The notes under the pieces: model-generated
What the model was told of the DNA's origin: nothing
The model's input: the letters and a program-made list of their open reading frames with translations, nothing else
Database searches by the model: none
Assembly: GCA_965238005.1 (NCBI GenBank)
Contig: OZ250165.1
Location: 448,001 to 512,000, forward strand
Length of the DNA: 64,000 nucleotides
Source: Longimicrobiales bacterium
Lineage (GTDB): Bacteria > Gemmatimonadota > Gemmatimonadetes > Longimicrobiales > Gaopeijiaceae
Direction of reading: 5' to 3'
Position numbers and translations under genes: made by a program
Part shown: piece after piece, positions 20,379-30,049 of the stretch
How positions within the stretch are numbered: the stretch's first letter is position 1
Layout: every line of letters starts with the position of its first letter

Positions 20379-21632
20379 CTACCTCATCCCCTCATCCAGC
20401 AGCCGCTCGAGCTCCGCGTCCGACCGATCCTCAAGCCCGAGGGTCGGCTCCCACTTCGGGTAGGTGCCCCACGTCGCGGCCCACAGACGGCCACGGGTGT
20501 CCACGCCGAGCTGTACGGGATTCACGAGCTCCGGAAACATCTCTTCGGAGGCGAAGACGTTAGCACTGAGTCCGGGCTCCAGGCGCATCTGGGCGATCCC
20601 CTGCTCGGCGGTCAGAAAGTCGAGCGTGCCGAGCTTGCTGAAGCCGCCCTGTTCCTGCGGCTCGTCGAGGTTCGAGACAACCTCGACCGGTGCGGGGACG
20701 TTGGAGTCGTCCGGTTGAATCGATTCTCCGTTGGCCGCCGCCCAGATGACGCGGTCCCGGTTCGCCGTCAAGCGATCGAACTGGACTAGCTCCTGTTGCA
20801 GGACGTCGTAGTTCGTCTGGCCGTCAGTGAATGCGAGCGTAGACCGGGTGCCCCAGATGTCGTTGCCGTCCGTGGCCCGATAGCGGTTGAACCAGTGGCG
20901 GTTCTTGTCGAGCACGGCGGTTCGGATCGCGTCGATCGTACCCGGGTCGGTGGGGGGGGTGCGGCCCGTCACTTCGCGTACGATGACTTCGGCGATCTGC
21001 CTGTTGCCGACTTCGCCGAGATGTACGCCGTCGATGGTCAACGGCTCCTTGGCGGCCTCGAATAACCGCTGGGACGCGGTGTACAGGTCGACGTAACCGA
21101 CGCCCAGTTCGCCGGCGACCGATTCGGTGGCGTCGGCGTAGCGAGCGAGGCGCGCGTTGTTCTCGCTTCCGTCCGGGAAGTTGGGGTCGTTCAGGTTCTC
21201 GTGCGCGATGGGTGAGAAGAGCACGACGTCGGGCGGCCCGTGGCCCGAGTAGTCCTGGGCCCGCGTGTGGGTGATCCACTTCGTCAGCGCGACACCGTAG
21301 GCGGCCGGGTCCTCATCGTAGGACTCGTTGTAGCCGAACATCGCGAAGATCACGGTGGCCTGTGAGAGCCCGAGGTAGTCGTCCGGAGAAGGGAAGCCCT
21401 CACTTCGTGGACGATGATCGACGCGGTCGCCCGTGAAGCCATGATTGCGAATCACCAGCTCATGCTCCGGCAAGGCCGCGTGCATATACGCTTCCAGCCA
21501 GCCGTGGTGCTGCATGCGGTCGGCGAGCGCGTTGCCGACGAGGACGATGTGCGCTCCAGGCTCCAGCTCGACGGCCGGTGGCGTGCAAGCGTTTACGAGG
21601 AGTGGCAGGGTCAACAGAATCGGTCTCTTCAT
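20379..21632 (-). pseudogene. SGNH/GDSL lipoprotein fused to the start of a PVC-type membrane dehydrogenase domain, C-terminally truncated
   Basis: GNAL, FGYNES and DGVH SGNH motifs, then FASEEMFPELVNPVQLGVDTRGRLWAATW.TYPKW, which stops abruptly. Confidence 0.7.
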
Positions 21633-22708
21633 CGATCGAGTGCTCCATCCAGACCCGCGGAGCCCGTTGAGGTCGGTCTGTCGGGTGACATGATGGGAGA
21701 GTCGAAACTCGCGAGGTCGGCCGGGCGGACGCCGCGTCGGTATCCGTCGAAGCTGAACCCAACTGGGTGGTACGGGCCGACCAGCGAGACGTCGTCGTCA
21801 CGCCGGATTTCGTCCTCCAGGCCCATGGTCCACAGGACGGCGTTGATCAGCATCCGTCGGAAGCCGTCGTTCAGGAAATCCTCCGAGGCGCCGTGGGTGG
21901 ACGTGAACACCCGCGCCGGGTTTCCGCTCGCGCCGGTATAGATGCGGGTCCAGGCCACCGGGAGCGTCTCTTTGTCCGGGTCTGGCGGTGCACCGAACTC
22001 CATTCCGTTCAGAACCAGACCAGCAGCGAGGACATCCGCGTCGTCCGGGGGATACGCCTGGTAACCGCCGGACTGCACGTGCATGTCGTCGACGCCCCGC
22101 AGGATCGGATGGTCGAGCCGTGCCTCGACCGGTATCACGCGTGAGCTCTGCTCGTGGTTCGTCCCGTAGTGTCCGACCCAGGTCTCGCCCAGGACCTGTT
22201 CCCCGAATCCCTGCAAATACTCCTCTCCGTCGTAGTTCCATGAGTACTTCACGAAGGGGCCGTCGTCGATCTGGAACGCATGGGTCGCGGTGCGCAGACC
22301 CATGACAGGACCACCCCGATCGAGGTAGTCGACGATGTGCTGCATCTCCGCGGCGGGGAAGTCCTGGAACCGAAGCGCCACCACCATGAGATCCGCCGTT
22401 TCCAGCGCCTCCAGTCCGGCGATGTTCGAGCTGCCCGGTTCGATGAATCCTTCGTCGTCCAGGGTGAAGAACACACTGGCCTTGAAACCGTATCGTTGCG
22501 CGAGAATCCGACCCATGGCCGGCAGGAGCTCTTCCGATCGGTATTCGTGGTCGCCGGAGATCAGTACCACGTGCTTGCCCGCTCCCGGGCCGGACGTGCC
22601 GTCGAACGTCACGCGGTAGGGATTGTCATCTGGGGGTCCAGGGATGCCCCCGGGGGCGCAGGCCAAGGCGGCCACGGCGCAAGCCGCGACCCAGAGTCGG
22701 ACGTCCAT
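21629..22708 (-). CDS. ThuA (trehalose utilization-like) domain lipoprotein
   Basis: HVVLISGDHEYRSEE, GLRTATHAF, HPILRGV, PVAWTR, RVFTSTHG and FRRMLINAVLW; overlaps the SGNH start. Confidence 0.85.
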   Translation of the reverse strand: MDVRLWVAACAVAALACAPGGIPGPPDDNPYRVTFDGTSGPGAGKHVVLISGDHEYRSEELLPAMGRILAQRYGFKASVFFTLDDEGFIEPGSSNIAGLEALETADLMVVALRFQDFPAAEMQHIVDYLDRGGPVMGLRTATHAFQIDDGPFVKYSWNYDGEEYLQGFGEQVLGETWVGHYGTNHEQSSRVIPVEARLDHPILRGVDDMHVQSGGYQAYPPDDADVLAAGLVLNGMEFGAPPDPDKETLPVAWTRIYTGASGNPARVFTSTHGASEDFLNDGFRRMLINAVLWTMGLEDEIRRDDDVSLVGPYHPVGFSFDGYRRGVRPADLASFDSPIMSPDRPTSTGSAGLDGALDR

Positions 22709-22839
22709 GGAGCCTCCGTTCCCGTGGTGGTCGAGGGTGTCGCGCCAGGGCGCCCCACCATTATGCCCGCCGGGAGGGATTTGTACCAGTTGCGGGGGTG
22801 ATACCTGTCGGAGCCGTGACGGAGCACGGTGCCGTCATC

Positions 22840-22875
22840 CCCGTGCGCTCGTTCTCGCCCGTGCGCTCGTTCTCG
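22840..22875. repeat. Perfect 18-bp tandem duplication CCCGTGCGCTCGTTCTCG x2
   Basis: Seen directly at 22840-22857 and 22858-22875. Confidence 0.9.
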
Positions 22876-22879
22876 AAAA

Positions 22880-22960
22880 GGGCGTCTGACCGAGACCGGA
22901 CTCGGCGTCGGTACACCACGCTACATGAGTCCCGAGCAGGCGACGGGTGATCAGCACGTC
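22880..22960 (+). pseudogene. Ser/Thr protein kinase fragment (activation segment only)
   Basis: RLTETGLGVGTPRYMSPEQATGD matches the Hanks kinase GTPxYMSPEQ motif. Confidence 0.75.
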
Positions 22961-23192
22961 TTCTGGTTCACCGATGATCGGTTTTTGGACACCAACCTGA
23001 GGTCAGTGACTCGTGGTCCCCGAGGTGGCGTCCTCCACGTGTAGGGCGACGACGGCGAGCACGACGTCGTCCCTCCGCGTCATTCCGAACTGGTTTGTAT
23101 CGAAGCGAAAAAACAACTCAAAAAACAACGACCCCGTAGCCCGCATAGGCCCCGTGGTCGTCCAAGTGCTTGCAGCACAGCGTACTACGACA

Positions 23193-23239
23193 GTGAGCCG
23201 GGTGGGTCTCGAACCCACGACCTACGAATTAAAAGTTCG
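23193..23239 (-). tRNA. 3' half of tRNA-Lys(UUU), probable integrase att core (not a complete tRNA)
   Basis: Minus strand reads CGAA-CTTTTAA-TTCG (anticodon arm), TAGGTC, GTGGG-TTCGAGA-CCCAC (T arm), CCGGCTCA. No D arm or 5' acceptor strand upstream. Confidence 0.85.
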
Positions 23240-23443
23240 ATCGCAGTATATACCCAGAATGCTCGCGAGGTAGTCTAAGTTGCTGTGAGTTCGGCGCTCA
23301 AGTAGGGGTCGGAATCACGGCAGCGTGACCGAACAACCTAGATGGATCGCGCGATTTGCCGCCTTCGCGATTCGGGGATGTCGTGATCTGCCGGGGTCAA
23401 TCGACAGGAGAACCGCCAGGTGCCGTTGCGGCAGGGTGTAAGA

Positions 23444-23486
23444 ATATCTAACATTGTTGTCGGGCATCTGCCGCTATGTTAGATAT
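23444..23486. promoter_or_regulatory. Operator-like inverted repeat upstream of the XRE gene
   Basis: Perfect ATATCTAACAT-N21-ATGTTAGATAT, ending 32 bp before ATG 23519. Confidence 0.65.
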
Positions 23487-23518
23487 CGCCCCCCCCGAGA
23501 AGGACGGGTTGACCAGGT

Positions 23519-24829
23519 ATGGCTGAGAAACTGAAGGATATCAGTAGCATTCTCCGGCAAGCGCGGACGTCACGTGGTCTCACCCAGGCTGACATCGCAC
23601 CTCAGCTTGGTGTATCGCGAGCCACCATCGCCCATATCGAGACAGGACGGCGATCCGTGAAGGCTGAAGATCTGCGCCGGCTAGCTGCCTTCTATGGCTG
23701 TAGCCTCAGCGAGCTCCTTCCCCCGGCTACCGACGACCAGGAAGTGGATGGCCTTGGCGAGCTGTTCCGCGCCCATCCTGACCTCTCGGAAGATCAGGGT
23801 CCGAGTTCCTTCGCCGGTGTGTGCGCGACCGCGAGAGCACTCACCGATCTGGAAGCAAGACTTGAGATCGACGCCACTGTACACTCGCTTCCTTCCTACC
23901 GGGTTGAGCACGGAAATATGCCGTGGCAAGCGGCACGGGAAGGATATCGCATTGCGGAGGATGAGCGGCGGCGCCTAGCACTTGGAGAGGGGCCCATCCG
24001 TTTCGTTGACGAACTGCTCATGACGTCGGGCGTTCGTTCGGCCAACGCGACTCTGCCGACAGGAATCCTCTCGATTTCGATCGGTGAACCGGACCACGGC
24101 CTTCTTGTTGTGGTCGAGAAGAACCTTGGTCTCGAACACCGCCGCTTCAGATACGCACACGGACTTGCCCACTTCCTGTTCGATACCGAAGCCCCGTGGC
24201 GCGTGTGCAAATCTGGCGGAGCGCCTGAGTTTCCGGAGGTGAGGGCCGACGCTTTCGCCAGCGCCCTTCTGATTCCCCAGTATGGTTTGCGTCGATACGT
24301 CGAGACCCTCGGCAAAGAGACACTGGGACGCGCTGGGCCCACAGTGCTGTCCGTGTTTTCAGAGGGCGACGGTCGCGACAAGACGGGCGAGAGCCGTCGC
24401 GTGGATGGTCGCCAGCGCAGGGGTCGTCATCCGATCACGTTGTCGGACGTCCTACGGACGGCTCACTACTACGGCACGAGCCCCAGCGTGGCTGCGCATC
24501 GTTTGAGAAACCTCCGACTTTTGACAGACCGTGAACTCGATCAACTAAAAACGATGTTGCGCAGTGAAAAGCATACGCCGATCGAAGGGGAACTTGCGCT
24601 GCAGGCCCATGATATGGACTCCCTCTGTTCTCGTCTGGCGGCGCTCGCGGCCAGTGCACTCCATCGGGGGAATATCGATACCCCCAGATTCAACGAACTA
24701 GCGGATCTCGCGGGAGTTCGCGTGGCAGACCGAAAGGGTCTCTTAGCCACTGCGGCCACGCCTCCACAACAAGAGCATGGGAGTTCTAGCCAAACTCCGC
24801 GCCGCGCTACGTCGGCGACTTCCCCATGA
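23519..24829 (+). CDS. XRE HTH plus ImmA/IrrE (DUF955)-like regulator with degenerate HEXXH (HGLAH)
   Basis: LRQARTSRGLTQADIA...VSRATIAHIETGRR HTH; RRFRYAHGLAHFLFD and EVRADAFASALLIP. Confidence 0.85.
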   Translation: MAEKLKDISSILRQARTSRGLTQADIAPQLGVSRATIAHIETGRRSVKAEDLRRLAAFYGCSLSELLPPATDDQEVDGLGELFRAHPDLSEDQGPSSFAGVCATARALTDLEARLEIDATVHSLPSYRVEHGNMPWQAAREGYRIAEDERRRLALGEGPIRFVDELLMTSGVRSANATLPTGILSISIGEPDHGLLVVVEKNLGLEHRRFRYAHGLAHFLFDTEAPWRVCKSGGAPEFPEVRADAFASALLIPQYGLRRYVETLGKETLGRAGPTVLSVFSEGDGRDKTGESRRVDGRQRRGRHPITLSDVLRTAHYYGTSPSVAAHRLRNLRLLTDRELDQLKTMLRSEKHTPIEGELALQAHDMDSLCSRLAALAASALHRGNIDTPRFNELADLAGVRVADRKGLLATAATPPQQEHGSSSQTPRRATSATSP

Positions 24830-25707
24830 ACCTCGACGCGCGGCTTTCCGTCATGACCAGCGCTCCGCTCCACGACACATCGACGGACTCTCAGGAGATG
24901 CTGGCGTTGCTCGGACAGCTTCATATGGATTCGCTACCGCTTCTCGACCAAGTAAGACCTGGGTTGGACCACAGCCAGGCCGTCGGTGTGAATGCCAAGG
25001 GCGACGAGCAGAAGCCCTTTGACATCGCTGCTGACGAATGGATTCGACAGTGGCTTTCAGAACACTTCGAAAGCGGTGTCGTGGAGTCTGAGGAGCAGAC
25101 GGGTGCGTTCGAGTTCGGGCGCGGCGAACAAGGCTACCGATTCATCGTCGACCCGGTCGATGGTTCCGACAACTTCGCGCGTGGCCTGCCGCTGTCCGCC
25201 ATCTCGCTGGCCATGCTTCCACGACAGACATCGCTCTCCGCGGACGGAGTCATCTTCGCGTCGGTTGGTGCCACATCGGGCCCTGGAGCCGTCGTCGCGG
25301 CGCGCGGAAACGGAGCTTACTCATCAGACGGCCGACGCTTGCACACGTCGGAGACGCGCCGTCTTCGCGACGCGTTTATCTCCTGCGAACTGAACCATTG
25401 GGCGCCGGACGCCTCTCTCGCCGACCTGATGCGGACCTGCGCCGGCATACGCGTCTACGGCTGTGCTTCACGTGCTCTGTGCCTGGTGGCAGACGGAGCT
25501 CTGGATGCCCATATCGACGTCAGGAGCCGATTGACGCCGGAGAGTTTTCTCGCGGCCTCGTTAATCGTCACCGAGGCCGATGGCCACATCTGTCGTCTCG
25601 ACGGCGGGGCGCTCGGTCCATTTGAATCGCTGCAGGATCGCACGACCCTCGTCGCCGCATCGACCAAAGAGCTTACGGAGGAGATCATCAATGCCCTCGC
25701 TAGATAG
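24826..25707 (+). CDS. Inositol monophosphatase family protein
   Basis: ESEE, FIVDPVDGSDNF and RVYGCAS..LCLVADG.LDA; ATGA overlap with the XRE gene. Confidence 0.88.
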   Translation: MNLDARLSVMTSAPLHDTSTDSQEMLALLGQLHMDSLPLLDQVRPGLDHSQAVGVNAKGDEQKPFDIAADEWIRQWLSEHFESGVVESEEQTGAFEFGRGEQGYRFIVDPVDGSDNFARGLPLSAISLAMLPRQTSLSADGVIFASVGATSGPGAVVAARGNGAYSSDGRRLHTSETRRLRDAFISCELNHWAPDASLADLMRTCAGIRVYGCASRALCLVADGALDAHIDVRSRLTPESFLAASLIVTEADGHICRLDGGALGPFESLQDRTTLVAASTKELTEEIINALAR

Positions 25708-27226
25708 AGTTCCACGCCGGGAAACGGTCGCTCCGCTGGCCGTGATTCTCGCGGCCGGCAATGGGAGCCGCTTGCGGAGCGATCGTTCGGCCGTGCCCAA
25801 ACCGCTCGTCCACTTGCGAGGTCTGTCGATGGCCGAGAGATCGATAGTACAACTGCTCACGGCGGGTGTGGAGCGATTTGTCGTCGTTCTCGGGTATGAC
25901 GCAGCGCTTGTCCAGCACGAATTCGAGCGGGTTGCAAGACGACGTCGCTGCCATATCACTTTTGTTGAGGCTGAGAACTGGGAAAGAGGCAACGGCTGTT
26001 CCGCGGTCGCCGCCGCTCCGTTGGTCGGCGACAGCCCGTTTCTCTTGGCCATGGTCGATCACCTGCTACCCCCGGAAATGATCCGGGATGTGCTGGCTAA
26101 TCCACCGGCACAGGACGAAATCGCGCTCGCCGTCGATCATGATACAGAAAACGTGTTCGACCTTCCCGATCTCACCAAGGTCGAGGTGTCGGGAGGGTGC
26201 ATCGCAGCGATTGGAAAAGACCTCGCGATTTGGAATGCGGGCGACACGGGCCTGTTTTACTGTTCGTCAAGGCTGTTCGAGGGGCTGGCGAGAGCGCACG
26301 AGCAGGGCAAGTTTTCGTTGACGGACGGGATCCGAGAATGCGTTGCACAGGGTGGGGTTCGAGCGATCGATGTGACCCGAGCGCGTTGGCTCGATGTGGA
26401 TACGCCGGAAGCATCTCAGGAGGCGGTGCACCGGATCGACGCGGCCATGGGGAAAGGTGGAGAAGATGGCTTCATCTCCCAATACATAAACCGTCCGCTC
26501 TCCCGTCGCCTTTCGGTGGCTCTATCGAGAACGCCCCTGACACCCAATCACATCACACTCCTATCCTTCTTCATAGGGCTGCTTGGCGCCGTCGGTTTGG
26601 CCACCACGGACCCGTGGTTCTGGATCGCCGGAGGGATACTCATTCAGATCGCCTCTATCGTGGATGGGTGCGACGGTGAGATCGCACGCATCAAGTTGCT
26701 TCAAAGTCCACAAGGTGCCTGGCTTGATACGGTGTTGGATCGGTATTCTGACCTGGCAGTCGGGCTCGCCGTGACATTCGCCGCGTCACAGCTGTACGAC
26801 GCGGCCTGGGTTTGGCCAGCCGGCTTCGCTGCAACGGCCAGCTTCCTCATGGCGAGCTATGTCACCAAGGAATTCCAGATTCGGTTTCAACGTCCGTATC
26901 CCAATAATCTCGTAAACAAGCTCAAGCGTCGTGATCTTCGAATTCTTGCCATCGCGGTCGGGGCTGCGCTGGGACACCCGCTTGTGGCGCTGCTGGCCAT
27001 CGGGTCACTCACTCACCTTGCCGTGTTCCAAATACTGGTGTCTGGCTGGCATACCACTCTCGCGCTCCATCCATCACACGCGCCGATAGCACTCACGAGC
27101 CGAGGACGATCGTCTGAACGCATGCCGCTGGGCATCAGCGTTGGCGCTACGGCTGGCCATACGAGCGGAGCTGCAGCCGTGGACGGAGTACTTCGAGGGA
27201 AGCTTCAGCATCAAGTACGCTCTTGA
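25691..27226 (+). CDS. Bifunctional IPCT/DIPPS-like: NTP transferase plus CDP-alcohol phosphotransferase
   Basis: AVILAAGNGSRL..PKPL, GNG.S, MVDHL, DTGLF and WLDVDT; then DGFIS.YINR and the CDP-AP signature DGCDGEIAR...GAWLDTVLDRYSD. Confidence 0.87.
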   Translation: MPSLDRVPRRETVAPLAVILAAGNGSRLRSDRSAVPKPLVHLRGLSMAERSIVQLLTAGVERFVVVLGYDAALVQHEFERVARRRRCHITFVEAENWERGNGCSAVAAAPLVGDSPFLLAMVDHLLPPEMIRDVLANPPAQDEIALAVDHDTENVFDLPDLTKVEVSGGCIAAIGKDLAIWNAGDTGLFYCSSRLFEGLARAHEQGKFSLTDGIRECVAQGGVRAIDVTRARWLDVDTPEASQEAVHRIDAAMGKGGEDGFISQYINRPLSRRLSVALSRTPLTPNHITLLSFFIGLLGAVGLATTDPWFWIAGGILIQIASIVDGCDGEIARIKLLQSPQGAWLDTVLDRYSDLAVGLAVTFAASQLYDAAWVWPAGFAATASFLMASYVTKEFQIRFQRPYPNNLVNKLKRRDLRILAIAVGAALGHPLVALLAIGSLTHLAVFQILVSGWHTTLALHPSHAPIALTSRGRSSERMPLGISVGATAGHTSGAAAVDGVLRGKLQHQVRS

Positions 27227-27285
27227 GCCGCTCGTCCCGGAGCTGACCTACAACGATCTGGTCATTGTGGACGGGCTCGTAGCGA
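27189..27285 (+). pseudogene. DUF2779-like protein fragment
   Basis: FEGSFSIKYALEPLVPELTYNDLVIVDGLVA resembles the DUF2779 C-terminal GSxSIK..LP.L.P.LSY.DL.I.DG motif. Confidence 0.55.
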
Positions 27286-27384
27286 CCCGCCCCGCTGATC
27301 ACGGTGGAGAGCGGCCAGCCAGGATCGACGGCACCGGCGACCTCCTGCTCATGCAGCGTGAGGTCATGCGGTGCTCAAGACCGA

Positions 27385-27640
27385 TTAGCCTCTCAGCAGC
27401 GGGTCCAGCCTCGCAGCCGACTCTTCCTGCATGCCGGGCAGGACGTGCGAATACGTGTCCATCGTAAGCGTGATCGGCGCGTGCCCGAGCATCTCTTGTA
27501 CGACCTTCGGGTGCTCGCCGTTAACGAGACGGAGCGTCGCGGCCGTGTGTCGAAGATCGTAAAGCCTCATGTCCGGCAGCCCGGCGGCCTCAAGGATCGG
27601 CTTGAAGTACCGCTTCTTTAGATTGTTGGACTCGAGCGGT
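27385..27640 (-). pseudogene. Tyrosine integrase C-terminal fragment
   Basis: AAGLPDMRLYDLRHTAAT...HPKVVQEMLGHA.ITLTMDTYSHV; N-terminus missing. Confidence 0.85.
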
Positions 27641-27697
27641 TCCACGCGATGCAGCACCCACTGCGCCGAGCGATGTTCTCCTCCGGGGGCCCGAAGA

Positions 27698-27961
27698 CGC
27701 AACTACGAACTCCTGCTCGAGGCGGGGTTCAGCGCTCCGGAGGTCGTCCAGATCATGAGCGCCAACGGCGCCAAGGTGCTTGGGATCGACGGCGATGTGG
27801 GCACGGTCGAGGCCGGCAAGGTCGCCGACCTGGTCGTGATCGAGGGAGACCTCGAGGCGGTCCAGAACCTGCACGGGACGAAGATCGTCTTCCGGCATGG
27901 CACCGGCTGGGACTCGGCCAAGCTGATCGAATCGATCAGGGGGATCGTCGGCATCCGCTGA
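27698..27961 (+). pseudogene. Amidohydrolase C-terminal fragment
   Basis: ELLLEAGFS..EVVQIMSANGAKVLG....GTVEAGKVADLVVIEGD. Confidence 0.75.
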
Positions 27962-28052
27962 GGCGTCTGCATCGTCCTGTTTTCGGGTCGTAAATCCGCA
28001 TTCGTTCTTCGTAGGATGCAGTTCGATACCCGCAGAGCGGAAAAAGTCCACG

Positions 28053-28300
28053 TTACCCGCCTACCCGATGTCGTCCACCGCACACGACTCGTCCGGCGGA
28101 TGCGCCTCTCCGAGCGGGCCGGACCATAAGCGACGCACTGCTCCACGCCCGCGATCCGCGCCACGTGCTTCTGGTCGTAAGTGCCTGGGCTCGCGACGAG
28201 CTTGGCGGGGGTCCGACCACCCGCTCGATCGCCCGTTGCAGGGCGGCCACCAGAGGAGAGCCGTCAGGCGCCTGGGTCGGGAGCACGGTCATGCGGACCG
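28053..28300 (-). pseudogene. M20 (ArgE/DapE-like) peptidase C-terminal remnant, frameshifted
   Basis: Across frames: SPLVAALQRAIERVVG / LVASPGTYDQKHVARIAGVEQCVAYGP / AHPPDE.CAVDD. Confidence 0.65.
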
Positions 28301-28566
28301 TAACGGTGTATCGCCGCCCGGGGTCGGCTGCTTCGGCGGTGGAGGCCGAAAAAGCCGTTCCAATCCATACCGGCTGCGGTTCTGAGGAGAGGCCGGCTTC
28401 ACCGAAGCGCTCTTCGACCCCGATCAGTGCGACGCTTCAGCGCCGCCTCGTACTCCAACACCAGCGGCACCGAGACGACTATTTAGAACGGTGCGTCCGG
28501 TCCGACCATCCTGATAACTCGGTAGGATGCACCCCGCCTGGAGCTTGATGGTCGCGGTGCTACTGC

Positions 28567-29046
28567 TCAGGCCGGAGGTGGCTGATCGCTGCTGACGGCG
28601 AGAGCAGCGACGAACCACTCGCCGTCGATCTTCCTCCAAACCGCCAGGTACTTCCCCATGTCCTCCAGGGGACCGTCCGGTGTCTCGAAGACCAATCGAT
28701 TGATCCCGTACTCGTACGCCATGTCCCCGCTTGCGGCGAGCACGAGGTCGGTTCTCGTGCTCTCGAATTCGAGCGCGGGCGCCATGACGGTTTCGTACAT
28801 CTCCATGAGACCATCCCGCTCTTGGATCTGCGGAGCATTCGCCATCTGAAGGATGGGATCGGGCACGAAAAAGGTGATGGCTGCCTCGTAGTCTTCTGAC
28901 ATCTCCGCCGCGGCGATCGCATCGCTTCGAGCTAATACTTCGGCTTCGAGTTCTTGGCGGGTGGGCCCGGGTTCAGCGGCAGGCGCGCAAGCCTGGATAA
29001 CGAGAAGAGATGGAAGAAGAACGGTGAAGGAGCGGATGACTCGCAT
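28567..29046 (-). CDS. NTF2-like (DUF4440/SnoaL) lipoprotein
   Basis: Lipobox IQAC; SGDMAYEYG and GKYLAVWRKIDGEW. Confidence 0.8.
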   Translation of the reverse strand: MRVIRSFTVLLPSLLVIQACAPAAEPGPTRQELEAEVLARSDAIAAAEMSEDYEAAITFFVPDPILQMANAPQIQERDGLMEMYETVMAPALEFESTRTDLVLAASGDMAYEYGINRLVFETPDGPLEDMGKYLAVWRKIDGEWFVAALAVSSDQPPPA

Positions 29047-29165
29047 GGCGGACTCCTTGGAGGGTAGCGGAGTTGTGGAAGCTGCGGGAAACTACGGCAG
29101 ATTCAGGGAGACGATAGGCGATGAGGTGCGGCTGAGTCAATAACTTATCTCACTCCACCGCCTCG

Positions 29166-29640
29166 CTACGCCTTCGTCGCCTCGAACAACTTCACCATAT
29201 CGAGGTAGACGTTGAACTCTCCGGTCAGCCGGAATCCCGCCGCCCGGACGTTGTCGGCGGTTCGACGGTTGATGTCGGGTCCCAGCATCCTGGCCACCGG
29301 GTTCATTACGTCCATCACAAAGCCGAGGTAGAAGTTGGAGGGCCGCACATGCTCGAACATGAGCAGGTCTCCATCATCCTTCAGGACGCGGCGCACCTCC
29401 CTTAATCCCTTGATCGGATCGGGGACGGAGCAGAAGGTGCAGGAGGTGACGACGGTATCGAAATGAGCGTCGGGAAAATCCAGGCTGGTGACGTCCGCTT
29501 CCAGCAACATGATCGGGGCGGGGGACTCGCCTACCTTCTTCTCGGCGTGCTCGAGCATCACCGGAGAGAAGTCGATGGCGGTCACTTCGACCTCGGCGGG
29601 AAAGAACTTGAAGTCCGCACCGGTTCCGGCGGCCACCAGC
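29166..29640 (-). pseudogene. Class I SAM methyltransferase, 5'-truncated
   Basis: VAAGTG motif I lies at the very start; IDFSPVML, FDTVV, FCSVPDP and RRVLK. Confidence 0.75.
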
Positions 29641-30042
29641 AATGGCACCGGCGCCGCCCGGATAGGCGGCCGCTGGAATCCGCTGGGCGTTCCTATGGTC
29701 TACGCGTCACTCGCGTATGAGGGGGCCTTGCTGGAGCAGCTCGTCCACGCCGGCATTGGCCGACCTCCCACCGAGCGCGTGGCGTCGCGAATCGTCCTTC
29801 CTGACGACTGCGAGGTGCCCACCCTGGACGTCGACGAGATTCCGGACTGGAGGGACGAGATGCGATCCCGGGAGATTGGGGAGGCATGGGTAGAGTCTGA
29901 GCGATCGCTCGCACTCATCGTGCCTTCCTTCGTGGCCCGGCCCTGGGGCTGGAATGTGGTCATAAACCCGAGGCATGCGGAGCTCGGCCGCGTTGTCTTG
30001 GCGGAGGTGGTCGACGTCCTCTGGGATCCTAGCGTGGTCTGA
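29641..30042 (+). pseudogene. RES domain protein (NAD phosphorylase toxin type), 5'-truncated
   Basis: G.GAARIGGRWN..G.PMVYAS....ALLE.LVH, LIVPS and NVVINP.H; no start codon and no Xre antitoxin upstream. Confidence 0.8.
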
Positions 30043-30049
30043 GGGCTAG

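Noticed and set aside
23193..23270. Complete tRNA-Lys
   Set aside because: The D arm and 5' acceptor strand are absent; only an att-type 3' half is present.
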